64,000 bases of DNA from an uncultured delta proteobacterium (GTDB lineage: Bacteria > Desulfobacterota > BSN033 > UBA1163), in NCBI GenBank assembly GCA_963827685.1, contig CAWHBU010000002.1, forward strand, positions 1,215,912-1,279,911, written 5' to 3'. Of the stretch, positions 38,137 through 47,226 are shown one piece after another; within the stretch, counting starts at the first letter, position 1; every line of letters begins with the position of its first letter. The notes under the pieces were generated by a model, which was not told where the DNA came from, did not search any database, and saw only the letters and a program-made list of their open reading frames with translations. A program made the translations under genes and the position numbers.

Positions 38137-39342
38137 TTATTTACTTATTATTCCCAAGGCCTTATCTATCTCCTCTTTACACATGGGTGAAACCTCTAAA
38201 CTGCAAACTACTTCCCTGTGGTAAGGTAACTGATTAGACCATGGCGGAGGTCCTTTGACAAATTTAATTATATTGACAGCTGTTTTCCGCGGTAGGCCAG
38301 ACTCCTGGAATGGTCCACATGGAGATGATGCTACTCCATCATAAGAGGAGTTACGCATAGCTTTTGCAACTGTCTCAGGGTCTAAAGTTCCAGCGGTTTC
38401 TGCTGCCTTCTTTATAAGCCATAAAGTATCATGCATTCCATGTGAGAGCCATGTGGGCCAATACCCGTATTTCTCCTTATGGGTCTTTGCAAATTCTATC
38501 CAACGAGGCTTTCTTGGGTCTTGAGTACACCAAGCCATTACATCACCTATATAATCTGGCCCTAATTCATCTAGTGTCACTTGATATCCTGAAATAGTTG
38601 GATCAGCTATAAAAATTCTTGGCCAATATCCAGCATCCTTCATTTGCTTGATTATTATATAGTTCCCTGCCCCTGAAAATGGCCTGATTACAGCATCCGG
38701 TTTCAATTCCTTAAGCTTCATAATATCAGAAGAGTAATCAACCTTCGAAAAATCGTGCCAATTCTCATAAATCTTTTTAATCCCAGTTCCCCTCAAGTAA
38801 AAAGCTAAGCTCTGATCCGATGTACGGCACCATACATAATCGGCTCCGATAAACGCATAGGTTTTCACGTTTTGTTCTTTAAAATATTTTGCTATTATCT
38901 TCCCCCCTTCCATGCTTCCGGCTACAGGAACAATCGAATATTTTGTTTTACATAGCACACCTTCATAAGAGGTTTCATTGGTTAGGCTAGTAGGAATTTT
39001 GAGTTCTTCAGCTTTACGTGTCATCATCCTCTCGACAGTACTAACAAATCCACCCCATATGAAATTTGCACCCTGACTTACAGCCCTTTCAATCTGACTA
39101 GCAGCAATTGTTGCATCGTTACCATCGTCATAGAATCTGATATTCATCTTATCAAAGCCTTTTATACCCGCCTTATTTATGTCATTAACTACCCCTTGCC
39201 CTATATCCCTCATGAGGCGACCATAGAAAGCTCCGCCTCCTGTCAGTGGTACCATAGCACCAATATTAATGTCCTTTGCCCAAGCTCCCGATGTCATGAA
39301 AGATATTAATGAAACTATTAATAGCATTTTAATCATCTTCAT
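38137..39342 (-). CDS. LivK-like substrate-binding protein
   Basis: Signal peptide MKMIKMLLIV...AWA, IGAMVPLTG; AAAGGAGG RBS before ATG 39342. Confidence 0.88.
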   Translation of the reverse strand: MKMIKMLLIVSLISFMTSGAWAKDINIGAMVPLTGGGAFYGRLMRDIGQGVVNDINKAGIKGFDKMNIRFYDDGNDATIAASQIERAVSQGANFIWGGFVSTVERMMTRKAEELKIPTSLTNETSYEGVLCKTKYSIVPVAGSMEGGKIIAKYFKEQNVKTYAFIGADYVWCRTSDQSLAFYLRGTGIKKIYENWHDFSKVDYSSDIMKLKELKPDAVIRPFSGAGNYIIIKQMKDAGYWPRIFIADPTISGYQVTLDELGPDYIGDVMAWCTQDPRKPRWIEFAKTHKEKYGYWPTWLSHGMHDTLWLIKKAAETAGTLDPETVAKAMRNSSYDGVASSPCGPFQESGLPRKTAVNIIKFVKGPPPWSNQLPYHREVVCSLEVSPMCKEEIDKALGIISK

Positions 39343-39455
39343 TTTACCCTCCTTTCCACTCTTCACTGCTTGCAATATGTTAAAAATTTTGGAAACCTAA
39401 TTAACCCCAAATTACCAAAAATATATTTACTCTCCCCCACCCCCTTTCTGCTTTG

Positions 39456-39638
39456 TTATATTCCTCCACGTGTCTTATGAGCTATTAGGATCCCCCATTT
39501 TTGCATGTAACCGTCTTGTTTTCCAAGATAGCCTCGATATTCTTTACGGAAACACATATAATAGTGGCGCCCTCGATAGACAGTACATTCTCGACATAAA
39601 TTTTTACTGAAAGGGCAAAGCATTGGAATCTTGGACAT
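39456..39638 (-). CDS. Small Cys-rich hypothetical protein
   Basis: CPFSKNLCRECTVYRGRHYYMC; TAATG overlap with the Mo-subunit stop; GAGGAG RBS. Confidence 0.65.
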   Translation of the reverse strand: MSKIPMLCPFSKNLCRECTVYRGRHYYMCFRKEYRGYLGKQDGYMQKWGILIAHKTRGGI

Positions 39639-41923
39639 TAACTCCTCTCATCCTTTTCTTTTAAAGCGGCCAAAATTTTTTCAGGAGTGATAGGTAAGCT
39701 TTTAATTCTAACCCCTACAGCATCATAGATCGCATTTGCGATCGCCGCTGCAGTGGGAACTAATCCCGCTTCACCTACCCCTTTAGCTCCATATGGACCG
39801 TCTGGATCGATACTTTCTACTATTATGGACTTGGTTAAAGGCGCATCATTAATGTAAAAAATTCGATAATCTTGAAAATTGGGATTCAGGACAATTCCTT
39901 CTTCCCAAACAATACCTTCAGAAAGGGCGTAGCCTAATCCCTGTAAGGATGCACCTTCAATTTGTCCCTCCACCAACATAGGGTTAATCGCTTTTCCTAA
40001 ATCGTGCGCAGCAATAAAATTGAGTATTTTGACCTTTCCTGTGCTTCTATCTACTTCTACTTCAATGGCATGCGTCCCAAATCCATATGTGGGAACTCCC
40101 CCATAACCTGTTTTTGGATCAGGTTTATATCCAGTAGGATCGTCATAACATCTTCTTCCCGCAAGAATCTCACCTCTATTATAATAGATCGTTGCCAATT
40201 GCCCGATCGAAACAAATTTTTCTGGATTTTCTTTCACATAAACCCTTCGGTCCTTCGCTACTAGATTTTTTATAGGGACACTAAGGATTTTAGAAGCCTC
40301 TTCAAACAATCTTTGCTTTATCTCCCCGGCTGCCATTTTAGCAGCATTCCCTGCAATGAAAATCTCTCGACTTCCCCATGCTCCCAAGCACTGTGGAGTT
40401 ATTGAAGTATCCCCTGTAATAATACTCACATCTTCTATATTTATTCCTAATTCCTCTGCTACAATCTGAGCTATCCCAGTATCCGATCCTTGGCCGATTT
40501 CTGCCATGCCCGAAGTCAAATCGACCGTTCCATCGTTATTCATTTTGATAAACACATCTGACAAATTGCAGTCTCCAAAGAGAAATCGGAGTCCGCCTCC
40601 TGCATGCATCAGGGACGCAATTCCGACACCTCGGTTTCCTGGTTTTCTCCTTTTTTCTTTCCAATCAATCTCTTCACAGGTTTTTTTAATACAATCTTCC
40701 TGTCCACAACTGGTAATTTTATGCCCCATACATGTTATCTGGTTAGAATAGTTAGCGTTTCTCAAGCACAAATCCTTCATGTCTATATCTAATTTTTCTG
40801 CAATCATATCCATCTGAGATTCGATAGCAAATGTGATCTGAGGATTTCCATATCCTCGAAAAGCACCCCCGTATACTTTGTTTGTGAATACTACATCAGC
40901 CTCGTATTTCACGTTAGGGACTCCCCAAAGGTAAGTACATTTCGTTCCAATACCCATTGTAATTGGGATGCCATGACTATTGTAAGCCCCATTATCAGTA
41001 ACTACTTTTACCTCTCGAAGCAGGATTGTTCCATCGTTTTTTACTCCTGTCTTGATATGTATGATCATCGGATAGGAAAATCTACCAGTTGTGAACTGTT
41101 CATCATGAGTATTAATGATTCGAACCGGTCTTCCAGCTTTCCTGGACAAAAAGTATGCAATAACTTCTACAGGATCTATCCCAAACCTTCCTCCGAAACC
41201 TCCCCCCATATTGACTTTAATAATCCGGACCTTATTATGAGGTAAACCTATCGCATCCGCTAGTAGCCTTCTTAAGGGGTGAGGTATCTGAGTCGTTATC
41301 CATAGAGTTAGGTGCCCTGATTGATCAAAATGAGCGATACATCCATGTGGTTCTAAGCAACAGTGGAACTGAGCCTGTGTTTCAAACTGGTCTTCGAAAA
41401 TGTAATCCGATTCTTTGAAAGCCTGATTTACATTCCCATAAGATCTCGAAATATGAATGGCAACATTGCCTTCTTCGTGAACCTTAACTGCACTAGGTTT
41501 CATAGCCTCCAATGGATCATAAACACTGGGTAGTTCCTCATATTCAACTTCGATGAGATCAAGAGCCTCTTCTGCAATATCCTCCCTTTCTGCTGCGACA
41601 GCCGCAATCTCATCCCCGATGAAGCGGACCTTATCTTCTGCTAACGGCGGCTTGTTAGCAAGATGGGGAATGACACAAAGCCTAATACCGCGAGTGTCGT
41701 TCCCTGTTATAATACTCCTCACCCCCTTCAGGCTTTGTGCCTTGGAAGTGTCTAACTTTAAAATCCTCGCATGTGGAAATGGGCTGCGAAGAATCTTCCC
41801 GTGCAACATCCTCGAGATTCTTAAATCTCCCAAATACTGCGCAGCTCCCGTTACTTTCTCAATTGCATCGATACGAGGGAATTTTTTCCCTATTACCGCG
41901 TACTCCTCAGCCATCTCTTTCAC
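39638..41923 (-). CDS. Xanthine dehydrogenase family molybdopterin-binding subunit
   Basis: GGGFGG, GAFRGYGNPQ, EIGQG, GQIEG, GAKGVGE. Confidence 0.93.
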   Translation of the reverse strand: MKEMAEEYAVIGKKFPRIDAIEKVTGAAQYLGDLRISRMLHGKILRSPFPHARILKLDTSKAQSLKGVRSIITGNDTRGIRLCVIPHLANKPPLAEDKVRFIGDEIAAVAAEREDIAEEALDLIEVEYEELPSVYDPLEAMKPSAVKVHEEGNVAIHISRSYGNVNQAFKESDYIFEDQFETQAQFHCCLEPHGCIAHFDQSGHLTLWITTQIPHPLRRLLADAIGLPHNKVRIIKVNMGGGFGGRFGIDPVEVIAYFLSRKAGRPVRIINTHDEQFTTGRFSYPMIIHIKTGVKNDGTILLREVKVVTDNGAYNSHGIPITMGIGTKCTYLWGVPNVKYEADVVFTNKVYGGAFRGYGNPQITFAIESQMDMIAEKLDIDMKDLCLRNANYSNQITCMGHKITSCGQEDCIKKTCEEIDWKEKRRKPGNRGVGIASLMHAGGGLRFLFGDCNLSDVFIKMNNDGTVDLTSGMAEIGQGSDTGIAQIVAEELGINIEDVSIITGDTSITPQCLGAWGSREIFIAGNAAKMAAGEIKQRLFEEASKILSVPIKNLVAKDRRVYVKENPEKFVSIGQLATIYYNRGEILAGRRCYDDPTGYKPDPKTGYGGVPTYGFGTHAIEVEVDRSTGKVKILNFIAAHDLGKAINPMLVEGQIEGASLQGLGYALSEGIVWEEGIVLNPNFQDYRIFYINDAPLTKSIIVESIDPDGPYGAKGVGEAGLVPTAAAIANAIYDAVGVRIKSLPITPEKILAALKEKDERS

Positions 41924-41928
41924 CTCTT

Positions 41929-42396
41929 TTACGCCGAGCGTGCCACCGATAGGAAGGCTTCAAGAATCTTTACGTATCCTGTGCAACGACACAGATTCCC
42001 AGCAAGGGCATCTTTGATCTGTTGCTCCGAGGGATGCGGGTTTTGATCTAGCAAAGCCTTGCCAGTCATAATCATCCCTGGTGTGCAGAATCCGCACTGG
42101 ATTGCTCCAAATTTTACAAAGGCTTGCTGAAGCGGATGGAGTTCTCCCTCCTTTTTTGACAATCCCTCAATAGTCCAAATTTCTTTATTATCAGCATCAT
42201 AAGCAAGCATAAGGCAGGATTTCACTGCCCTTCCATTTAAGATCACTGTACAGGCTCCACATTCTCCTCCGCCACAACCTAATTTAGTCCCTGTTAGTCC
42301 AAGGTCATTTCTAATTACCTCAAGGAGAGTTCTATGAGATTCCACTTCAATTGTGTAGTCCTCTCCATTCACTCTCAGTTCCACCCGTCGTTTCAT
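41929..42396 (-). CDS. XDH-family 2Fe-2S subunit
   Basis: GCGGGECGACT, QCGFCTPG, GNLCRCTGY; likely start ATG 42396. Confidence 0.93.
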   Translation of the reverse strand: MKRRVELRVNGEDYTIEVESHRTLLEVIRNDLGLTGTKLGCGGGECGACTVILNGRAVKSCLMLAYDADNKEIWTIEGLSKKEGELHPLQQAFVKFGAIQCGFCTPGMIMTGKALLDQNPHPSEQQIKDALAGNLCRCTGYVKILEAFLSVARSA

Positions 42397-42403
42397 TGAT
42401 CCC

Positions 42404-43276
42404 TTACCTTCCTTTCGCCCTCGCCAGAGCCTGTTCGATTCCTGCTTTTGCAAAGATTTCGACCATATCTTTTCGATATGCGGCCGAAGCTCGCACATCA
42501 TGGATTGGATCGATTCCTTCTGAAGCAGTCCTAGCTGCCGTTTCGATTAGCGAATCATCAATTGTCTTTCCAGTCAGCAAGACCTCAGCCTTTTTGGCTC
42601 TAATAGGAGTCGAAGAGACTCCTCCAAAAATAATCCTCGCATCCCGACAGATTTCAAGTTTTGGGTCCAAACACAGCAACACTGCTGCGCCTACAATCGC
42701 TAAATCAAAAGCCCCCCGCATTGTATGCTTTAAATATACAACTCCAGAATTTTTAGGCACAAATGGAATCCAAATCTCTTCTAGAATCTCATGTTGTGCC
42801 AGGGTTGTCTCATAGAAGTCTGTAAAAAACTCTTCCGAAGAAACAATCCGTTCCCTTCCATAATCTGCAATCTTCAGTTTGGCTCCAAGGGCTATTAAAA
42901 GAGGAGCAGGATCTGATGCCGGGTCTGCAAAGCAGAGGTTTCCTGCAAGCGTCCCCACATTACGGATCTGCACGGAACCAATGGTATGGATCATCTCAGC
43001 TACGGGCAAGAGTTTTTCTTTGACGATAGGAGAATTTTCAATATTAGCAAGGGTTGTCAAAGCCCCGATTTCCAGTCTTTCTTCCCCTTCACGAACGAAA
43101 TTGAGATCTTTAATTCCTTTAATATTTATCAAATAAGAGGGTTGAATAAGCTTTTTTTTCATCAATTTTACGAGAGCCGTTCCGCCTGCCAACACTTTAG
43201 CTTGATCCCCATATCTCGAAAGCAAATGGCATGCTTCTTCCACGGATCTCGGCTCCAGAATTTCAAAAATCTTCAT
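42404..43276 (-). CDS. XDH-family FAD-binding subunit
   Basis: LAGGT, IGALTT, QIRNVGTLAGN, DVRASAAYR. Confidence 0.92.
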   Translation of the reverse strand: MKIFEILEPRSVEEACHLLSRYGDQAKVLAGGTALVKLMKKKLIQPSYLINIKGIKDLNFVREGEERLEIGALTTLANIENSPIVKEKLLPVAEMIHTIGSVQIRNVGTLAGNLCFADPASDPAPLLIALGAKLKIADYGRERIVSSEEFFTDFYETTLAQHEILEEIWIPFVPKNSGVVYLKHTMRGAFDLAIVGAAVLLCLDPKLEICRDARIIFGGVSSTPIRAKKAEVLLTGKTIDDSLIETAARTASEGIDPIHDVRASAAYRKDMVEIFAKAGIEQALARAKGR

Positions 43277-43725
43277 CTATTACCCCGCAACTTTTCTTTG
43301 ATGTTTTCGATTACCTTGGCAACCTCTCTTTTGGCAAAAGTCTTGATTAAGCCTTGCCCAAGCGACGATAGTCGTCCCCTAATTTTCACATCCGTTTTGT
43401 ATTTGACGAGAGTATCCATCTCGGAGAGCTTAATAAGATCTATCCAATTGATGAGTTCAAAGGTACTACCCATCATTGTATCTTTCCCTTTGCCAATGGC
43501 CACCAACCGATTTGGGGGGATTACTTCTGTGAAAGTCGTTTGAGTTTCGAACGTTGCCGAGATTGGTCCCACTTTTTGGCTTATCGTAATAGCAAAACTT
43601 TTGTCGTCAAAAATTTCGAGCTTCTTACAGCTTGATATACAAGCAACCACTTCTTTGATATTCAGTAAAAAATCCCAAGTCCGTAGAATCGGGGCGTTTA
43701 CTTGAAATTCATCCTCAATAATCAT
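43273..43725 (-). CDS. CoxG/SRPBCC-family protein
   Basis: WDFLLN...CI...KVGPISATF...GRLSSLGQGLI. Confidence 0.85.
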   Translation of the reverse strand: MIIEDEFQVNAPILRTWDFLLNIKEVVACISSCKKLEIFDDKSFAITISQKVGPISATFETQTTFTEVIPPNRLVAIGKGKDTMMGSTFELINWIDLIKLSEMDTLVKYKTDVKIRGRLSSLGQGLIKTFAKREVAKVIENIKEKLRGNR

Positions 43726-43844
43726 CCAAGACCTCTCTCGTTTGTTTTCATCAATACATAAAAGACATGATCACGGCAGCCATGTCAGAAATATATTAAG
43801 ATAATTACTCAAAAAATAGCTTAATCACCAGGACAATCCGTCTG

Positions 43845-44477
43845 TCAGTCAATTATGTAGCCACGGCAAGCTCTATTGTGATTTTCCAATATTTTCCTTG
43901 CACTTCTCAGATTTCCCGCTTCTACCGCCTTGAACAACATTTCGTGTTCTTTCTTAAACTGCGCGATGTAAGGTGTCAGGTATACAAACTTGAGTCTAAA
44001 ATATATTTTTTCATAGAATTGCTTCATGATTTCGAAGAAAAAAGGATTTTGACTCATTTGGGCTATTTGTAAGTGAAACTCCGTGTCAAGGTGAAGTCTT
44101 TTGTTATCATAAACAGTGGATTGATATGCATTATATTCCTCTAACTTCTCTTTAAGTATTAAAAGATCTTCGTCGGTGCAATTCGCAATAGCATATTCAA
44201 TCGCTAGGTTTTCCAGCTTTTCCCTGAGGTCAAATACCTGTTCGACCTCATAAGCATCTATTTCAGAAATATAAAAGCCTCGATTGCTTTTATTGACAAC
44301 AAAGCCTTCTTTTTCAAGCATGTTTAACCCACTTATTATAGGGGTTTTTGTCATGCCGATTTTTTCTTCAAGATCGCGGTAGACAAGCTTTTGCCCGGGG
44401 ATTAATTGATGAGTGAGAATAAGATTTTTTATATTCTCGTATGCCTGATATTTTTTGGATGGTTTATGTGTATTCAT
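43845..44477 (-). CDS. GntR-family (FCD) transcriptional regulator
   Basis: LIPGQKL...TKTPI...LEKEG wHTH; DTEFH...EH FCD domain. Confidence 0.9.
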   Translation of the reverse strand: MNTHKPSKKYQAYENIKNLILTHQLIPGQKLVYRDLEEKIGMTKTPIISGLNMLEKEGFVVNKSNRGFYISEIDAYEVEQVFDLREKLENLAIEYAIANCTDEDLLILKEKLEEYNAYQSTVYDNKRLHLDTEFHLQIAQMSQNPFFFEIMKQFYEKIYFRLKFVYLTPYIAQFKKEHEMLFKAVEAGNLRSARKILENHNRACRGYIID

Positions 44478-44511
44478 GACAGAAAGAAAATTTAATTAAA
44501 AATTTGATTAA

Positions 44512-44540
44512 ATTTTATATTAAAAATTTTCTTTTGTCAA
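44512..44540 (-). promoter_or_regulatory. Sigma70 promoter of the GntR/XDH operon
   Basis: Minus strand TTGACA-N17-TAAAAT, immediately next to the IS target duplication. Confidence 0.65.
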
Positions 44541-44556
44541 GAAAAAAATTTGAGGA

Positions 44557-45986
44557 TGTCAAGCCAAAATAGAAATGTCCTCTTCTTACCAAAATAGAAA
44601 TGTCCTATTCTTCAGATTTGAGATTCTAAGAGTTTTTCTCTGTTATAGGGATGTTTCCTAATCTTGAACTTCCTCCAAGGATGATCAGCCGGAGGAATGT
44701 AAGTCTTCCTCCTTCTCACAATAGCCGGCTGTTTCTTCTCTCTTAGTGGTCTCTCAGTGATCTCTTTAAATCTCAAAGCTCGACCTTTATGGGTCATGAC
44801 CATTGATCCGTCGATTCGATCCTGAACCATCACCTTGGAGGCCTTGATCGTATCCTCAACCTGATAGAGCTTCCTGTTATGAGCCACCGTAAAGTCATTT
44901 CTCAGTGCTCGCTCTGTCTTAATGCATAAGATCGCATCCAGATCCACCCCCTTAGGTAAGGGCCTGTGGAAATCGTCTTTCTCCTGGGGCCAAACAGAGA
45001 ACCTCTTGTTATAGAGAGGAAGATATTCCTCTAAGAACTGATTGCCTTCCTCAATCGTCCTGATCCCTCTTAAACGCATCTCCTTGACCAGCCTGTCCTG
45101 AAGGGTCCGAAAGAGTCGTTCAATCCGCCCCTTGGCCTGCGGCGAATGGGCATGACTGACCTCTACCCCCAACTCTTTTAAGGCCCTCTCAAACTCACTT
45201 AACGGCCCCACGTCATTTAACTCGTCCTCGATCGTTGGCTTGGCCGTCGACTTATAGGTCGAATGCTTATCCAAATACACCTTCATCGGTAAACCGTTTT
45301 TCTTGATATAACGCTTGAAGCTATCCATCGCCGGGATCGTCCCCTCATACTCATAGAACCTCCCAAAGGCTTCCCCGGTAGCATCGTCAATATAGCTCAT
45401 CAGAACACAGGGGCCACCTCTGTCCTCAAACCAAGCGTGATGGGACCCGTCCATCTGTACCATCTCGCCGTAATGATGCTTCCGCTCCCTCCACTGACGA
45501 TGCCTCCCTCTCTTGCGGCTCTTCTTCCAATCCCCCGCCTCGATGAGCCACCTCCGTAAGGTCTCATCACTGATCTCTATCCTACCCCTTTCCAGAAGCT
45601 TCTCCGAGGCCAGGGTCGGCCCAAAACCCTTGTACTGTGCCCGGTAAAGTCGGATCACCCTGTCCTTAATCTTATAGGGTATCCTCCGGTTTGATGGCCT
45701 CCCTCTCGATTTGTGTATGACTCCCCTGTTCCCTTCATTCCTGATCCGCTTCACGATCCTCCGAATTTGCCTACCACTCAAGGAAAGAATCTCTGCTGCC
45801 TCTACCCGCTTGATGACCCTCTCCAGGACCTTCTGGATGACATGTAACCGCTTTAACTCTCCCTGACGTACCATGATCATGTCCTCTCCTGCCATCATGC
45901 CCTCCTCTGAAAAAGGGCATCTTAGCATGTCGAAAAGAGGACATTTCTAAATTGGTCAATTAGGACATTATCATTTTGGGATTACA
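44557..45986 (-). mobile_element. IS1202-family (ISNCY) insertion sequence with 16-bp target-site duplication
   Basis: TGT...ACA ends; IRs TGTCAAGCCAAAATAGAAATGTCCT / TGTAATCCCAAAATGATAATGTCCT with duplicated subterminal AATGTCCT motifs; direct repeat GAAAAAAATTTGAGGA at 44541-44556 and 45987-46002. Confidence 0.92.
44612..45898 (-). CDS. ISNCY/IS1202-family DDE transposase
   Basis: GFGPTLASEKL, QMDGSHHAWF, IDDATG, YLDKH, SPQAKGRIER...LQDRL, HPWR. Confidence 0.93.
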   Translation of the reverse strand: MMAGEDMIMVRQGELKRLHVIQKVLERVIKRVEAAEILSLSGRQIRRIVKRIRNEGNRGVIHKSRGRPSNRRIPYKIKDRVIRLYRAQYKGFGPTLASEKLLERGRIEISDETLRRWLIEAGDWKKSRKRGRHRQWRERKHHYGEMVQMDGSHHAWFEDRGGPCVLMSYIDDATGEAFGRFYEYEGTIPAMDSFKRYIKKNGLPMKVYLDKHSTYKSTAKPTIEDELNDVGPLSEFERALKELGVEVSHAHSPQAKGRIERLFRTLQDRLVKEMRLRGIRTIEEGNQFLEEYLPLYNKRFSVWPQEKDDFHRPLPKGVDLDAILCIKTERALRNDFTVAHNRKLYQVEDTIKASKVMVQDRIDGSMVMTHKGRALRFKEITERPLREKKQPAIVRRRKTYIPPADHPWRKFKIRKHPYNREKLLESQI

Positions 45987-46118
45987 GAAAAAAATTTGAG
46001 GACAAAAACAGGGAGTACTAATTTCCTGGTAACGGTGAAATTTCGGTTGAAGAAGACGAAAGTTATCGGGGTCTTATGATTCTCGGCAAGTCCGTCACCG
46101 AGGTCTTATAAGATCGAT

Positions 46119-46808
46119 TCAAGGATTGATTTTTTCTGGTTCATTGAGGGCTTGTGCATTATCGTGGAGTTTCTTTTCAAGATCTCTCAGGTCTGAAAGT
46201 GTAAAATCTCCTTTCTGTTCGCCCGATCGATCCAAGTAAAAGGCGTGGATCCCCAATGAGCGGGGGACGAGATAGTCGAACTCATAATGGTCACCGACAT
46301 GGACAATCTCCTGAGGCCTGACTCCGAGGATCTGGCAAATTCGTTGGTAAAAGTCTGCTGTCTTTTTCACCCTCTTGAAGTCCGAGGTTGCAGAAAAGAT
46401 CCGGTCAAAATACTTTTTCAAACCCGTGGCTTCCATCTCTGTGTCGATGAACTCTCTTCCTGCATTGGAGGTTAGAACTAATGCGAACTTATTCCTCAAT
46501 CGTTCCAACAGGTGATTAACATCTGGATAGATATTGATCTTATCCGTATATCGCTCCAACACCGCTTTCCAACTCGCCTCCAATTCGAAAAACTTTAACC
46601 AATATTTGATGTCATACCACTCGATGGCCCCCTCCCCCACCTTCAGGTACTCTTCTACCACAAAGGCTTTCGCCTCATCGAAGGGAAGTCCGACCTTCTC
46701 GGCATAAAGTTTGGGAATACCGTGTCCCCAGACCCAATCCGTGAATTCTGGATCAACCAAAGTCCCATCCATATCAAAAGAAATAATCTTAGCCGTCTGC
46801 TTCACCAA
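46119..46808 (-). CDS. HAD-family hydrolase
   Basis: FDMDGTL, TSN, KK, HVGD...D. Confidence 0.9.
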   Translation of the reverse strand: MVKQTAKIISFDMDGTLVDPEFTDWVWGHGIPKLYAEKVGLPFDEAKAFVVEEYLKVGEGAIEWYDIKYWLKFFELEASWKAVLERYTDKINIYPDVNHLLERLRNKFALVLTSNAGREFIDTEMEATGLKKYFDRIFSATSDFKRVKKTADFYQRICQILGVRPQEIVHVGDHYEFDYLVPRSLGIHAFYLDRSGEQKGDFTLSDLRDLEKKLHDNAQALNEPEKINP

Positions 46809-46879
46809 TCAATCTGAAATTCGAAATTAGTTTTCCAAATCCAAATGTCAAATGAATGTCAAAATTTCAAGAATACTCG

Positions 46880-47170
46880 GGCTACCCTTCCATATCGACC
46901 TGGTAAGGAGTAGCCTATGAATTCAGGAAAAACAGTCTTTGCTCAACTGAATCCTCCCTCGCCTGAAAGGCGGGGGGTTCCAAAAGAATATCGACTTTAA
47001 GTCAACTTTAAAATCATTTCTCCTTCGCCCGTCATTCCTGCGGAAGCGGGCATGATAAAAAAGGGTGACTTTTCATAAGATTGATTTATTTCTACTTTAA
47101 TTACATTTAACCTGACAGTCATCATACTAAGGTGATCGCCTGAAGGCGAGGGATTTTTCTAATCCCAAAA
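46880..47170 (+). mobile_element. Cluster of IS remnants (IS4-like transposase 5' stub plus IS200/IS605-like end hairpins)
   Basis: Stub MNSGKTVFAQL at 46917 behind an RBS-sequestering hairpin; CCCTCGCCTGAAAGGCGGGGGG (about 46957) and TCGCCTGAAGGCGAGGGATTTT (about 47136). Confidence 0.5.
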
Positions 47171-47226
47171 GGAGACATTAAATTTATTCAACTAACATTT
47201 GAGCAGTAGTGTTCTTACTTAAACCT

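Noticed and set aside
39638-43725. Cluster as aerobic CO dehydrogenase (coxMSL-G) or 4-hydroxybenzoyl-CoA reductase
   Set aside because: Active-site loop is AFRGYG, not AYRCSFR or AYRGAGR; the FAD subunit lacks the Cys-rich 4Fe-4S insertion of HcrB.
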